A stretch of 64,000 nucleotides of DNA from Spirochaetia bacterium (lineage in GTDB: Bacteria; Spirochaetota; Spirochaetia; SZUA-6; Bin103), in contig CBDBDQ010000005.1 of the NCBI GenBank assembly GCA_965203905.1, positions 4,096,001 to 4,160,000 of the forward strand, in the 5' to 3' direction. A program made the translations under genes and the position numbers. How positions within the stretch are numbered: the stretch's first letter is position 1; each line of letters starts with the position of its first letter. Below the pieces are notes generated by a model that did no database searches, was not told where the DNA came from, and saw only the letters and a program-made list of their open reading frames with translations. This document shows, one piece after another, positions 39,046-49,601 of this stretch.

Positions 39046-39987
39046 CTAGTCATCGAGGTCGAATTCCCTGAACAGCTTCTTGTAGGTAGAGAAGTGCCGT
39101 GACTGGGCGAATTCTCTGACCTTTTCCGGTGGCAGCGCATCGAGCAGCTGGTCGAGGTAGGCGAGCACGGAGCGCACGTCCTCTCGTACCGGGCCTCCGA
39201 CTTGCGCGCCGCCCGCCGTTTCCGGCGCCTCGGGAACCGGATCCGCCGCCGGCGGCGTTGCCGCGGGGTCAGCCGCGGGCGGCCCCGGTTCCGGCTCCGG
39301 CTCGGCCACGAGCTGAATGTCGCCTACCTCTTCATCCTCCGCGGGAATCTCCTGGCCGCCGGGTGGCGGCACGCTCGCCTGCGGCTCGTGCGTGACTTCA
39401 GCGGCGCCGCCGGCAGCCACCGGTGGAGGCGCAACGGCGGCCTCCCAAGGCGCGCCGGTATCGTGCTCCAACTCCTCCAGGGTGATAACGGGAGGATCGT
39501 CACCTGACTCGGCGTCGAACGTCGGCGCCGCCGGGGGAGCCGGGTCGGCAGGTGCGGCAGCGGGGCCCGGGCCTGCGCCAGCCCAGCCGCGAAGCTCCGC
39601 GAGCTGCTGTCCGACCGCCTTCAGATCGGCGTTCAGGGAGGAGAGCTGGCGTTCCAGCTTTGCCAGGGCAGCGGTGGTTGCTTGCGGGTCGCCGGCCACC
39701 GGCCCGGCCGTGGCAGCCGCCGGGGCGGCGGCAACGCGTTCGCGCTCGGCGAGCTGGTCGAGCAGCTGTTCTTCGGCTTCGGTCAGATCCTGGACGGCCC
39801 TGCTGTCCGGCTCCTGGTGGGCGCCGCCGTTGTCCGCTGCGTCAGTCATGGGCGACGACTCGGCGAACGGCAATGGTTCGGGGGCTACGGTCACCCAGTC
39901 ACCGTAGGCTTCCAGATTGGCCTGGTCTGGGTCGCCGTGCGATGGCCGGTTCGGGGCGGCATCGGTGGCATTGGTATTGTGCTCCAT
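39046..39987 (-). CDS. acidic Pro/Ala-rich hypothetical protein with spirochaete-type C-terminal motif
   Basis: C-terminus 'VRSVLAYLDQLLDALPPEKVREFAQSRHFSTYKKLF'. Confidence 0.65.
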   Translation of the reverse strand: MEHNTNATDAAPNRPSHGDPDQANLEAYGDWVTVAPEPLPFAESSPMTDAADNGGAHQEPDSRAVQDLTEAEEQLLDQLAERERVAAAPAAATAGPVAGDPQATTAALAKLERQLSSLNADLKAVGQQLAELRGWAGAGPGPAAAPADPAPPAAPTFDAESGDDPPVITLEELEHDTGAPWEAAVAPPPVAAGGAAEVTHEPQASVPPPGGQEIPAEDEEVGDIQLVAEPEPEPGPPAADPAATPPAADPVPEAPETAGGAQVGGPVREDVRSVLAYLDQLLDALPPEKVREFAQSRHFSTYKKLFREFDLDD

Positions 39988-40085
39988 AAGTTCAACCCGG
40001 TGCCTATAATATCGGCCGTGCGCCGGCGCAATATGATCCTGGACCGATTCAAGGCGTGCCACGGGACTGCCGTGTCTATCAATGA

Positions 40086-40922
40086 GTGAGTGTTCCGCGT
40101 CTGTTTTACTGTACCGTCGCCGGTCTCGTGGTAGCGACCCTGCTGTCCTTCCTGTTCGGCGCGTCAGGGCTGCTCAATTATCACCGATTGCAGGCGTACG
40201 AACGGCGCGTGGCAACCGGTATCGCAGTCCTTGAAGAGCGCCACGCCGACCTGGAGCGCCTTGCGAACCTGCTGCGAACCGAGCCTGAGCTGCTGCGCCT
40301 GCTGGCGCGTGACAGCGGCTACTATCGCGCGGACGAAATGGTGATCAGGGTCGGGCCGCAACCGCGCGCTGCCGCCGCCTCACCCTACGCTCCCGACTTC
40401 TCGGACGTTGGCCCGCTCATGCAGCCCAAGCTTCCGGTACCCCGCGACCCGTTCAACGTGCTTGCCTTGGGCCTGTTCCTCGGCCTGGGGCTGTTCGCGG
40501 GGCTCACCGTCAAGCGGATGCTGCTGCGCCGCGCGGAACAGGCGGACGGCGCGCACAGCGCGGGCGGCACGCAGAGCGCGGGCGGCGCCACGGACCCGGA
40601 TGCGGTAGCCGGCAGCGTCGAGGATGCGTTCCCGGCTGCCGCCTGGTCCGACGCCGAGCTGGCACGTGGCGATGTCACCGCGGAGGCAACCCCTGACGGC
40701 GTGGCGGCGCCGCCGCCGGCTCCCGGCTCCAACGGTCCGCTGCTGCGGGCCGACGCGGCTGAGATTGTGGCTGAGGATGTCGCCGCAGGCGGCGACGCCG
40801 GGACCCAGAGCGCGGCGGGCTCAGCGCAGGCCGCGGGCGACGGCGGAGTGGAGCAGGGGCCACGCCGCAAGCGCCGCCGCGGGCGCCAGCGCCGCGGCGA
40901 AATCACGGTATACCGGTTGTAG
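40086..40922 (+). CDS. septum formation initiator (FtsB/DivIC-like) with C-terminal extension
   Basis: TM helix, 'FGASGL', coiled coil, 'ARDSGY...EMVI'. Confidence 0.65.
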   Translation: MSVPRLFYCTVAGLVVATLLSFLFGASGLLNYHRLQAYERRVATGIAVLEERHADLERLANLLRTEPELLRLLARDSGYYRADEMVIRVGPQPRAAAASPYAPDFSDVGPLMQPKLPVPRDPFNVLALGLFLGLGLFAGLTVKRMLLRRAEQADGAHSAGGTQSAGGATDPDAVAGSVEDAFPAAAWSDAELARGDVTAEATPDGVAAPPPAPGSNGPLLRADAAEIVAEDVAAGGDAGTQSAAGSAQAAGDGGVEQGPRRKRRRGRQRRGEITVYRL

Positions 40923-40935
40923 CGATGGTGGCGAC

Positions 40936-41529
40936 GTGAACCTGCATCCGCGACACGAGGAAATCTGCGCCGTGCTGCGGCGCGGCGGCATCGTGATAAT
41001 GCGGAGCGACACGGTCTACGGCGTGCATGGGGTGGCGCCCGCTACCGGCCCCCGTCTCACTGCCCTCAAGGGACGCCCGGACGGCAAGCCGCTGTTGCTG
41101 TTGCTGGCCGACGGGCGCAGCGCCGCGGCGGTCACCGGTACCCAACCGCCACCGGCCCTGGCGGCGCTGTGGCCCGGCCCGCTGACCATCGTGCTGCCGG
41201 TGACAGATCCTGCGCCGAGTCCGGTTGCGGCGGGCGCGAGGAGCCTGGCGGTACGGGTACCCGCCGACCCGGCCCTGCGGGCCATGGTTGCCGCGGTCGG
41301 CGCGCCGCTCTACTCGACCAGCGCCAACCGGGCAGGGGAGCCCCCGCTCGGAGATCCCGCGGCGCTGCGTGCCGCCTTCGGCAGCAGCGTGGAGCTGATC
41401 GTCGACGAGGGACCGGTCACCGCGGCGGTGCCATCCACGATCGTGGACGCCACGGTGTCGCCGGCGCGCGTCCTGCGCGCGGGAGCCGTGACAGTCACGG
41501 CAGCCCAACTATCCGCCGCCGGGCGCTAG
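40936..41529 (+). CDS. tsaC: L-threonylcarbamoyladenylate synthase (TsaC/Sua5/YrdC)
   Basis: 'DTVYG', 'LKGRP', 'WPGPLT', 'STSAN', 'PSTIVD'. Confidence 0.88.
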   Translation: MNLHPRHEEICAVLRRGGIVIMRSDTVYGVHGVAPATGPRLTALKGRPDGKPLLLLLADGRSAAAVTGTQPPPALAALWPGPLTIVLPVTDPAPSPVAAGARSLAVRVPADPALRAMVAAVGAPLYSTSANRAGEPPLGDPAALRAAFGSSVELIVDEGPVTAAVPSTIVDATVSPARVLRAGAVTVTAAQLSAAGR

Positions 41530-41533
41530 CCAG

Positions 41534-42370
41534 TCACGCGTAGCGGCGCAGTTCGAACCACCACGCCCACTCCGCGAGAAACTCCAGCAACCGCTGCTGC
41601 AGGCTGCCGAAGAACTCCCGTTCCAGGCGCGTGCCGACCCGGCCCAGGTAGCGGAAGTGCCATGGTTCGTAGTCGTAGCCGGTAAGCTCCTCCTGCCCCT
41701 CCGGGTAGGAGAGGGAGAAGCCGAAGCGCCACGCGTGCGCCGCCACCCAGCGGCCGTTTGGGGTGTCGCCGTAGCCGGAGGCGATGGAGCCGAAGTCGAT
41801 GGTGGTGCCCAACTGGTGCTGCGAGTGGCCGGGACGCGCCGATACCCGGTCGGCGGCCTCCTGGCCGAGCTGCTCCACGTGGCGCCGGTACAGGCCCGCC
41901 TGATACTCGTATGAACGGTACGCGGAGGAGACCATGAGCTCGATGCCGTCGCTGCGTGCCGCCTCGATCATTGCCAGCAGGTCGGGCATGATGCTGCGTG
42001 ACAGGCGATGACCCGCGCGGTTGGTTGTGATCGCGTAGTTGTCCACGGCAACCAGCTCCGGCGGCACGTAGTCACTCTCCAGGGCGTGCTCCTTGTCCAC
42101 CAGCCGGTGCCACGCCTGCGGGGCGCTCAGCATCTCCGTCATCAGCTCCAGGAACACCTGCGGCCGCGCGCGAATCCGTTCCGCGCTGTCCGCCTCCACG
42201 GCGGCCAGTACCTCCTCCAGATCCGGCAGGGTAATCGAGAACCCCGGGTGCACCGCGGGTGGCGGTTCCGAGACCGCGCAGCCCACGACGGACAGCAGGT
42301 ACGCGGCGCCCACGATCTTGCCCAGTTCCGTTCTGAAACGTCGTGCCGGGCCGCCCGATGGCTCCTTCAA
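41534..42370 (-). CDS. M15 family D-Ala-D-Ala carboxypeptidase (VanY-like)
   Basis: 'SAYRSY', 'SARPGHSQHQLG', 'YEPWHFRY'; TTG start overlapping lon stop is inferred. Confidence 0.85.
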   Translation of the reverse strand: MKEPSGGPARRFRTELGKIVGAAYLLSVVGCAVSEPPPAVHPGFSITLPDLEEVLAAVEADSAERIRARPQVFLELMTEMLSAPQAWHRLVDKEHALESDYVPPELVAVDNYAITTNRAGHRLSRSIMPDLLAMIEAARSDGIELMVSSAYRSYEYQAGLYRRHVEQLGQEAADRVSARPGHSQHQLGTTIDFGSIASGYGDTPNGRWVAAHAWRFGFSLSYPEGQEELTGYDYEPWHFRYLGRVGTRLEREFFGSLQQRLLEFLAEWAWWFELRRYA

Positions 42371-44748
42371 AACAGCCTTGAGACGACGCCGTCCATTGCG
42401 TCGACCGGTGTAAACAGGATGCCTTTCTTGACGTTCTCGGGAATCTCGTCGAGGTCCTTGGCGTTTGCCTGAGGCATGACGATTTCCTTCACCCGGTTGC
42501 GCTTGGCGGCGATCACCTTCTCCTTCAGGCCGCCGACCGGAAGCACCTTGCCGACCAGGGACAACTCCCCCGTCATCGCCAGAGACTGCCGAACCTTCTT
42601 TCCGCACACCAGCGAGAGCAGCGCACATGCCATCGTGATACCCGCCGAAGGACCATCCTTCGGAGTCGCTCCCGAGGGGATGTGGAGGTGAATCGAGTGC
42701 TCGTCGAAGTACTCCGGACTGATCCCGTATTGGGCCGCCACCAGGCGCACGTAGGTGAACGCAATGGTGGCCGATTCCTGCATCACCTCGCCCAGCTTGC
42801 CGGTCAGCTTGATCCCTCCACGGCCCGGATTGGCAACCGCCTCGACCATCAGTACCGCACCACCGAGAGCGGTCCACGCCAGCCCCTTCACCATCCCCGG
42901 TGCCGTGATCCGATTCCGCTCTTCCTCTACGAACAACGGCTTTCCGAGGTATTCCGCGAGCGTCTCGCGGGTGATCTTGAGAGGTAGAACGAGAGACTCC
43001 ATCATCACCTTTCTGGCGATCTTTCGATGAATACGGTCCAGCGCCTTTTCGTAGTTGCGAACCCCTGCTTCGCGCGCCCAGTTGCTGGAGATGGCGCGCA
43101 ACGATCCCGCGTCGTACTTGACCTTGGTCTTGTCCAGACCGGCACGCTGCAAGGACTTCGGAATCAGGTAGCGGCGCGCGATGTGGACTTTCTCCTGTTC
43201 CACGTAACCGGACAGCCTGATTACTTCCATGCGGTCCAGCAGGGCGGCCGGAATGGTGTCCAGGGTGTTGGCGGTGGCGATGAACATGACCGCGGAAATG
43301 TCAAACGGGAGATCCAGGTAGTGGTCGCGGAAAGCGGCATTCTGTTCCGGGTCCAGCACTTCCAGCAGGGCGGAAGACGGATCGCCCTGAAACGATACCC
43401 CCAGCTTGTCGATTTCGTCGATCATGAACACGGGGTCGCGGGATTTGACGATGCGCAGCCCCTGGATCACCTTGCCCGGCATCGCTCCCACGTAGGTTCG
43501 GCGGTGCCCCTTGATTTCCGCCTCGTCGCGCATTCCACCCACGGAGAAGCGAAAGAAGGCGCGTCCCAACGCCTCGGCAATCGACTTGCCGACGGAAGTC
43601 TTGCCCACCCCGGGCGGTCCCACCAGACAGATGATGGAGCCGCGCCAGCTTCCGTTGCCGGTCCCGTTGGCAGTCAGCTTGCCCACCGCAAGGTACTCGA
43701 GGATTCTCTCCTTGACGTCTTCCAGGCCGTAGTGGTCGCGGTTCAGTTTGCGCTCCGCACGAGCCAGGTCAATCGGTTTCGGCCGGGGATCGTTCCACGG
43801 CAGCGCCGCTATCGTCTCCAGGTAGTTGCGGGTAACCACGAACTCCGCCGAGCTGGGATCCATCAGTGCGAATTTTTCCATCTCGTCGTCGACGCGTTCC
43901 TTGGCCTCGCCGTGGAGCTGCAAGCGGGCAAACGCCTCCTGCAGGCGCTGATGCTCGTTGGACTTGGCGTCGACCGGCATTCCCAGTTCGGTCTTGATCG
44001 CCTTGAGCTGCTCCTTGAGAAAGTATTCGCGCTGGCTCTTCTCGATCTTGTCGTTGAGCTGGCTCTGGATCTTCTTCTGAATGCGCAGGAGCTCCTGTTC
44101 CTTCTTGATGAATACCAGCACCTTCTCGAGGCGCTCGCGAACGTCGATAGTCTCCAGCACTCCCTGCTTCTCGGCCGCGGCCACGTTGAGTATGGAGGCA
44201 ACGAAATCGGCAATCTTCCCGGGGTGGTCGATGTTCACCATGTTGAGCCGCATCTCCTCGGAAAACAATGGGTTGTTCTCCGAGACCTGCTTCACCTCTG
44301 CGATCAAGGCCCGGGTCAGGGCGTGGACCTCGACGGACTCCAGGTTGCGGTTGTCTAGGTACTCCACGGCCGCCACCAAGGGGGGAGTGGCGTGCAGGAA
44401 CTTGGCGATTCGAAAGCGCCTCAGCGTGGATACGAAAATGTTGATGCCGCCGTCCGGCAAGTTGATCTTGCGCACGATCTTGGCGGCGGTGCCTACTTGA
44501 TGAAGTTCTGTGCCGGTCGCCGTCTCCGGCGGTTCCGGAGTCGACTCGGGATCGGCCTCGTGGCGGACCAGCACCAGGCCGATGCAACCGTCGCCGTCGA
44601 GGGCCTGGCGCACCACCTCGACACCGTGTCCCTCGGGTATCATCATCGGGGTGAAGACACCGGGAAACACGGGGGTATTCGGCAGCGGCAGAATCGTGAG
44701 TTTGGGCGGGAGAACCGTATCGGCGGGGATGATCTGCCGGTGCTCCAT
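42367..44748 (-). CDS. lon: ATP-dependent endopeptidase La
   Basis: 'GPPGVGKTS', 'GHRRTYVGAMPG', 'PKDGPSAG', 'VGGLKEK'. Confidence 0.96.
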   Translation of the reverse strand: MEHRQIIPADTVLPPKLTILPLPNTPVFPGVFTPMMIPEGHGVEVVRQALDGDGCIGLVLVRHEADPESTPEPPETATGTELHQVGTAAKIVRKINLPDGGINIFVSTLRRFRIAKFLHATPPLVAAVEYLDNRNLESVEVHALTRALIAEVKQVSENNPLFSEEMRLNMVNIDHPGKIADFVASILNVAAAEKQGVLETIDVRERLEKVLVFIKKEQELLRIQKKIQSQLNDKIEKSQREYFLKEQLKAIKTELGMPVDAKSNEHQRLQEAFARLQLHGEAKERVDDEMEKFALMDPSSAEFVVTRNYLETIAALPWNDPRPKPIDLARAERKLNRDHYGLEDVKERILEYLAVGKLTANGTGNGSWRGSIICLVGPPGVGKTSVGKSIAEALGRAFFRFSVGGMRDEAEIKGHRRTYVGAMPGKVIQGLRIVKSRDPVFMIDEIDKLGVSFQGDPSSALLEVLDPEQNAAFRDHYLDLPFDISAVMFIATANTLDTIPAALLDRMEVIRLSGYVEQEKVHIARRYLIPKSLQRAGLDKTKVKYDAGSLRAISSNWAREAGVRNYEKALDRIHRKIARKVMMESLVLPLKITRETLAEYLGKPLFVEEERNRITAPGMVKGLAWTALGGAVLMVEAVANPGRGGIKLTGKLGEVMQESATIAFTYVRLVAAQYGISPEYFDEHSIHLHIPSGATPKDGPSAGITMACALLSLVCGKKVRQSLAMTGELSLVGKVLPVGGLKEKVIAAKRNRVKEIVMPQANAKDLDEIPENVKKGILFTPVDAMDGVVSRLF

Positions 44749-44756
44749 GCGATTTG

Positions 44757-44785
44757 AAAGTATTGGCGGGGCAGGGCCAAGTCAA
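44757..44785 (-). promoter_or_regulatory. lon promoter TTGACT-17-TACTTT, 8 nt before ATG
   Basis: Near-consensus hexamers, 17-nt spacer, no SD before ATG. Confidence 0.55.
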
Positions 44786-44925
44786 GCTTGCGCGGCGTGT
44801 GTGCCTGCGGCTCGCCGGCGCAGCAAGCCGTCCTCCACGTGGTGGGCGTCGCTGCCGCCGGGCGCGCCCGTGGGTGGTGCCCGGCGCCCGTTGATCCCGA
44901 CACGCGGCAACGGTTAAGCTGCGCC

Positions 44926-45705
44926 ATGCCGTCGAATCGGCGCCGCAACTCGATCGAGTCGGCAGTGGTGCTGAAGTCGGCGCGCATGGGCGAGATCCAC
45001 CGCAGCGTTACCCTGCTCACCCCCGAACGGGGTGTGGTATGGGCCACCGCTCACGGCGCTGGCAAAGCGGCGAGCAAGCTGAAGGCCGCGGCCATCCCCT
45101 TCGCCTGCGTCACCGCCTACCTCTACCATGACCCGGTGCGTGACTCCTTCAAGGTGACCGACGTGGAACCGCTCGACCTGCACGGCGCAATCCGCGCCGA
45201 CCTCACCAAGTTCTTCACCGCCTCGCTGTGGGTGGAGATCGTGCTGCGCAGCCACGGCGGCGGCGGCGAGGCCACCGCGTTGCACGCACTCCTGGTCACC
45301 GGACTGCGCACGCTGGATGCCGCCCCTGCAAAGCAGGCAGGGGCGGTGTCGGTGCAGGTGCTGTGGCGTTGCCTGCAGCTCCTGGGGTTGGCTCCGGACC
45401 TGGAGTACTGCGCCGGCTGCGGGCGCGGCGTGACTCCCGCGGAGGAGTTGCATCTGGCGCTGAATGGAGAAGGACGGTGCCGGCATTGTGCCAACGGCTA
45501 CGGCCCCGGCTCGGTCCCGGCGGGGCTGCGTCTTGACCCTGCGGCTCGCCGGTTTCTGGTGACTACCTCGGGTTTGCCGCTGGCTCGGGCCCTGCGGCAA
45601 CCCTTCGCAGGCGGTGAGCGCTTGCGTCGTGTATTGCAACAACTGATCCAGAACGGCCTGGAAGCACCGCTCAACTCGTTGCGTTGCGCCGCCGGCATCC
45701 TGTGA
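44926..45705 (+). CDS. recO: DNA repair protein RecO
   Basis: 'AVVLKS...GEIHRSVTLLT...ATAHGA', CxxC...CxxC zinc finger. Confidence 0.88.
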   Translation: MPSNRRRNSIESAVVLKSARMGEIHRSVTLLTPERGVVWATAHGAGKAASKLKAAAIPFACVTAYLYHDPVRDSFKVTDVEPLDLHGAIRADLTKFFTASLWVEIVLRSHGGGGEATALHALLVTGLRTLDAAPAKQAGAVSVQVLWRCLQLLGLAPDLEYCAGCGRGVTPAEELHLALNGEGRCRHCANGYGPGSVPAGLRLDPAARRFLVTTSGLPLARALRQPFAGGERLRRVLQQLIQNGLEAPLNSLRCAAGIL

Positions 45706-46268
45706 GTCCGAGCGCCCGGCGCGTGTTCCTCGCGCTGCCGTTGCCGCCGCCGGCGCGGCAGGAGGTGGCGGCACAATGCGCTCCGCTTGCGGCGGAAGGC
45801 GCTGCGCTGCGTCCGGTGGCGCCGGCCGGGTACCATGTAACCGTGCACTTCTTCGGCAGTCTGGTTGGCGGCGACCTGGATCGTGCCCGCGAGCTGTGTC
45901 TTGACGACTCGCTGGCAGCGGTGGCTCCGCTGCGCTGCCGGTTCAGCGCGCTCGGCCAACTGCCGCCGCGGGGACCGGCGCGAGTCGTGCACGCCGTGAT
46001 CGGCGAGGGCGCGGCGGCGCTGAAGGACTTCCTGTTGCGGATGCGCGCGCTGGTGGCCGCCGCCGGGTTTGCCGTGGAGCGCCGGCCGCCACTGCCGCAC
46101 GTCACGGTGGCCCGGGTGCGCCGCGGCAGGAAGTGGACGGCACGGTCGCCGGTTTCCTGGTCGGGTGTGGCGTTTCTTCTCGATCGACTGGTGCTGTTCG
46201 AGTCCCACCTCGGCCCCGCCGGTGCCCGTTACGAGCCGCTGGTGACCCGGCGCCTCGGCGGGTCCTGA
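45702..46268 (+). CDS. thpR: RNA 2',3'-cyclic phosphodiesterase
   Basis: Two HxT motifs (HVTVHF, HVTVAR); 'RVFLAL', 'LFESHL'. Confidence 0.85.
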   Translation: MSPSARRVFLALPLPPPARQEVAAQCAPLAAEGAALRPVAPAGYHVTVHFFGSLVGGDLDRARELCLDDSLAAVAPLRCRFSALGQLPPRGPARVVHAVIGEGAAALKDFLLRMRALVAAAGFAVERRPPLPHVTVARVRRGRKWTARSPVSWSGVAFLLDRLVLFESHLGPAGARYEPLVTRRLGGS

Positions 46269-46281
46269 CGGTTCGCTGCCG

Positions 46282-48390
46282 ATGGATTGGTCGAAGCCCG
46301 CAGTCGACGCCCGCGAGGTGAAGCGCATTGCCGCCCGCTACCGCCTGGATCCGCTGGTAAGCTCGATTCTCCTGCGCCGCGGTCTCACCGACCCGCGCTC
46401 GGTGCAGTACCTGATCGAGGAGGATGCGCACTACCTGCACAACCCCTTCACCCTGCCAAGCATCACCGCCGCGGTGCCGCGCATCATCGACGCGGTGACT
46501 GGCGGGGAGTCGGTGCTGGTGTTCGGCGATCGCGACGTGGACGGGGTCACCTCCACCACCCTGATGGTGGAGACCCTGCGCGGAATGGGCGCCACGGTGA
46601 GTTGGCGGCTGCCGGAGGGAGATGCTCCGTACGGTCTGACGCCGGCGGTAATCGAGGAGCTGGCCGCATCCGACGTGCGGCTGCTGATTACCGTCGACTG
46701 TGGGGTCACCGCCACCGCCGAGGTGGCGGCAGCCCAGCAGCACGGGATGGACGTAATCGTGGTAGACCATCACGAGCCGTTGGGCGAGGTCCCCGACGGC
46801 ATGGTGGTGGACCCCAAGCTGCCCGATTCCTCCTATCCGTTCCTGGAGCTGTCGGCCTGCGGCGTGGTGTGGAAGCTGGCCTGGGCGCTGCGCTTCGCCC
46901 GTACCGACCTGTACGGCGAGACGGTGTGCCTGCTCAACGTACGGCCGCTCAACGACAGTGTCGTCATCGAAGCGGTCAAGCTGACCAACCTGGTGCCCGG
47001 GGCCAGGCTGTTCGAGACGGTCAACCCCGGAGCCGGAGGGCCGGCCGTGCAGCGGCTGGCGGAGTTCGCGGCCGGCTGCGAGATCGTGGTGTACGACGAA
47101 GCGGCCGTGAGCCTGATGCTGACCCGTGCCTGCGGTGCCGTGGACCTGTTCGTGCACGACCTGGCCCCCGAGCTGGCGGCGGTGCACCCGCCCGCCGCCG
47201 GCAAGTCGCTGCTGCAGCTTCGTGAGGGCAGCAAGTTGGCGCGGTACAGCGAAGGAACCTGCAGCGAGCTCGACTTGCTGGTGGAGATGTTCACCGTCGT
47301 CGCGTTGCGCCGCCACCCGGAGTTGATGACCGACTGCGAGCGGGCGCTGGACCTGGTGGCGCTCTCCACCATTGCCGACCTGATGCCGCTCCGGGATGAG
47401 AACCGGATACTGGTAAAACGCGGGCTGCGGGCCCTGACCGCGACCTCGCGGGTTGGTCTGCGCGAGTTGCTGGCGCGGGCCAATCTGTACGGCAAGGATC
47501 TCACCACCATAGACGTCTCGTTTCACCTTTCACCACTGCTCAACGCCGCCGGCCGCATGGGCCAGGCTCCACTCGCGGTGCGCCTGTTGCTGACCGAGGA
47601 TGAGGCGGAGGCGCGCACCTTGGCGGAACAGCTCGTGGACCTCAATCAACGCCGGCGCACGGTGGCTGACGAGGCTTGGACGCGCGCCCAGCCCGGTGCC
47701 CGCGAGAGCTACGACCGTTCCGGCGGCAAGCTGGTGTGGGTCATCGACCGGCAACTGCCGCGCGGCGTCACCGGGATGCTGGCGGCGCGCCTGGTGGACG
47801 CGTTTCGCGCCCCGTCGGTCGTCGTGGCGGACCATGGCGAGGAGGCGAGCGGCTCGGTCCGGACCCTGCCGGGAGTACCGGTCCCGGAGATCCTGGGGCG
47901 GCTCGATGACCTGCTGCCGCGGTGGGGCGGCCACGCCATGGCGGGGGGATTCAATCTGACCTCGGAGCGGCTTCCGCTGCTGGCGCAACGGCTGGAGGAG
48001 GTGGCGGAGGCAATCGACGCGGTAGAGCCGCCGACCTCGGCCGACCGTTCCGTGGATGCCGAGATTCCGCCCGCCTACCTCGCCCCCGAGGTGTGGCGGA
48101 CCGCGGACCTGTTCGCGCCGTACGGGGCCGGGCATCGCCCGCTGGCGTTTCTGATGCGGGGCGTGCCGATCGTGCAGGTGGAACTGGTAGGCAAGGGGCA
48201 GCCCGCCCACGCCAAGCTGCTGCTGGACGCCGGCGGCTACCGCTGGCCCGGGCTGTACTGGAACGCCGCCGACAAGGTCGGTGCGGAGTTCAACGCGGGA
48301 GACCGCGTCAACATCGTATTTCGGCTCACCCGATCGCGCTACAACCAGATGGAAACCCTGCAGTTGACGATTCTGGACCTGGAGCGCTGA
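46282..48390 (+). CDS. recJ: single-stranded-DNA exonuclease RecJ
   Basis: 'GDRDVDG', 'ITVDCG', 'VDHH', 'TIADLMPL..ENR', 'GGHAMAGG'. Confidence 0.93.
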   Translation: MDWSKPAVDAREVKRIAARYRLDPLVSSILLRRGLTDPRSVQYLIEEDAHYLHNPFTLPSITAAVPRIIDAVTGGESVLVFGDRDVDGVTSTTLMVETLRGMGATVSWRLPEGDAPYGLTPAVIEELAASDVRLLITVDCGVTATAEVAAAQQHGMDVIVVDHHEPLGEVPDGMVVDPKLPDSSYPFLELSACGVVWKLAWALRFARTDLYGETVCLLNVRPLNDSVVIEAVKLTNLVPGARLFETVNPGAGGPAVQRLAEFAAGCEIVVYDEAAVSLMLTRACGAVDLFVHDLAPELAAVHPPAAGKSLLQLREGSKLARYSEGTCSELDLLVEMFTVVALRRHPELMTDCERALDLVALSTIADLMPLRDENRILVKRGLRALTATSRVGLRELLARANLYGKDLTTIDVSFHLSPLLNAAGRMGQAPLAVRLLLTEDEAEARTLAEQLVDLNQRRRTVADEAWTRAQPGARESYDRSGGKLVWVIDRQLPRGVTGMLAARLVDAFRAPSVVVADHGEEASGSVRTLPGVPVPEILGRLDDLLPRWGGHAMAGGFNLTSERLPLLAQRLEEVAEAIDAVEPPTSADRSVDAEIPPAYLAPEVWRTADLFAPYGAGHRPLAFLMRGVPIVQVELVGKGQPAHAKLLLDAGGYRWPGLYWNAADKVGAEFNAGDRVNIVFRLTRSRYNQMETLQLTILDLER

Positions 48391-49547
48391 TGGCGGGGCG
48401 CCGCTGGCGCACGGTGCTGGCAGCCGCTGCCGTAGGCGTTGCGGTGGTGCCGGGATTGATGGGTCAGCCGCTCTCCGCCTCGGCCCGCTCCTTCCTGGAG
48501 TCGGCGTTCCTGCTGCCGGTGCTGGATCCAGTGGGCCGGCCACTGCTGGACAACGGGCTGGCGGTGTGGTGCTCGCCGGGGTCACGCTACCACTTCGCGG
48601 CGCAGCGGCTGGTAGCCGAACGGGGCCTGTTCCTGCACTACCGCGGTACGGAGCCGCCGCCCTGGCCCCGTTTTACGCTGCCGCGCGCCGTAATGCCGGG
48701 TGGCCCGCTGCGCGTCGCCGTGGCCAGTGCCGTGCCCCTTGCCGGCCTCTCGGTCAGCGTCGAACTGCCCGACGGGGAACGGGTTGCGGGACGTGGTTTC
48801 GGCGTCGCAACGGACCCGTCCGGGGACTGGGCTGCGCTGCTCGGGATCCCGACTACCGCCGCAACGGGAGCCGCACGGCTTGAGATAGCCGGACACGCGG
48901 CCGCCGGCGCCGAGGCGGCCGCCTTCCGTCTGCTGCTGGTGCAGCCACTGACCGTCGCCGCGCGCACCTTCGCCGAGGAGGAGATCCCTCTGCGTGCGGA
49001 GCTTGCCACCCTGCGCCGGGCTCCGGACCCTCGCCGCCAGGAACAGTCGCGCGAGCTGTGGCGGCTGCTGACCTCGTGGCGCGCGGATGCCCACCGCCAT
49101 CTCGGCCCGCTGCGGTTGCCGCTGGACGAGATACGGCGCACGGCCGGTTTCGGAGACCGCCGCACCTATCGCTACGAGGACGGCAAGGTGGACGTCGCGA
49201 TCCACAACGGCATCGACTTCGGGGCGCCGGAAGGCACCGCGGTAGTGGCCTCCGGCAGCGGCACGGTGATGATGGCCCGCGCTCGGATCGTCACCGGACT
49301 CTCGGTCGTGATCGAACACCTGCCGGGCGTCTACTCGCTGTACTACCACCTGGCCCGGATCCTGGTGCGGGAGGGCCAGCGCGTGGCTGCGGGGGAGGTG
49401 CTGGGTACCGTCGGCAGCACCGGTCTGGCCACGGGACCTCATCTGCACTGGGAACTGCGCGCCGGCGGCGTTGCCATCGACCCGGATACGGTTGTCGCCG
49501 TGCCGCTGGTTGACACGGCGGGGGATCGCGTTATTATTGTCCGGTAG
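48390..49547 (+). CDS. M23 family metallopeptidase
   Basis: 'HNGIDF', 'SLYYHL', 'GSTGLATGPHLHWE'. Confidence 0.88.
   Translation: MAGRRWRTVLAAAAVGVAVVPGLMGQPLSASARSFLESAFLLPVLDPVGRPLLDNGLAVWCSPGSRYHFAAQRLVAERGLFLHYRGTEPPPWPRFTLPRAVMPGGPLRVAVASAVPLAGLSVSVELPDGERVAGRGFGVATDPSGDWAALLGIPTTAATGAARLEIAGHAAAGAEAAAFRLLLVQPLTVAARTFAEEEIPLRAELATLRRAPDPRRQEQSRELWRLLTSWRADAHRHLGPLRLPLDEIRRTAGFGDRRTYRYEDGKVDVAIHNGIDFGAPEGTAVVASGSGTVMMARARIVTGLSVVIEHLPGVYSLYYHLARILVREGQRVAAGEVLGTVGSTGLATGPHLHWELRAGGVAIDPDTVVAVPLVDTAGDRVIIVR
49510..49537 (+). promoter_or_regulatory. probable rpsU promoter TTGACA-16-TATTAT inside the M23 gene 3' end
   Basis: Perfect -35 and near-perfect -10 in a GC-rich background. Confidence 0.55.
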
Positions 49548-49601
49548 TGAGTCCGGGGCCGGCGTTGCCGGTTCCGAGTCGACTCACGGGAGGATTATTT
49601 C

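Noticed and set aside
41534-42370. VanY-like gene as a glycopeptide resistance marker
   Set aside because: No van cluster; sits in a housekeeping operon with lon
46900-47300. Insertion in RecJ after the DHH domain as an intein
   Set aside because: No intein terminal motifs; consistent with longer spirochaete-type RecJ proteins
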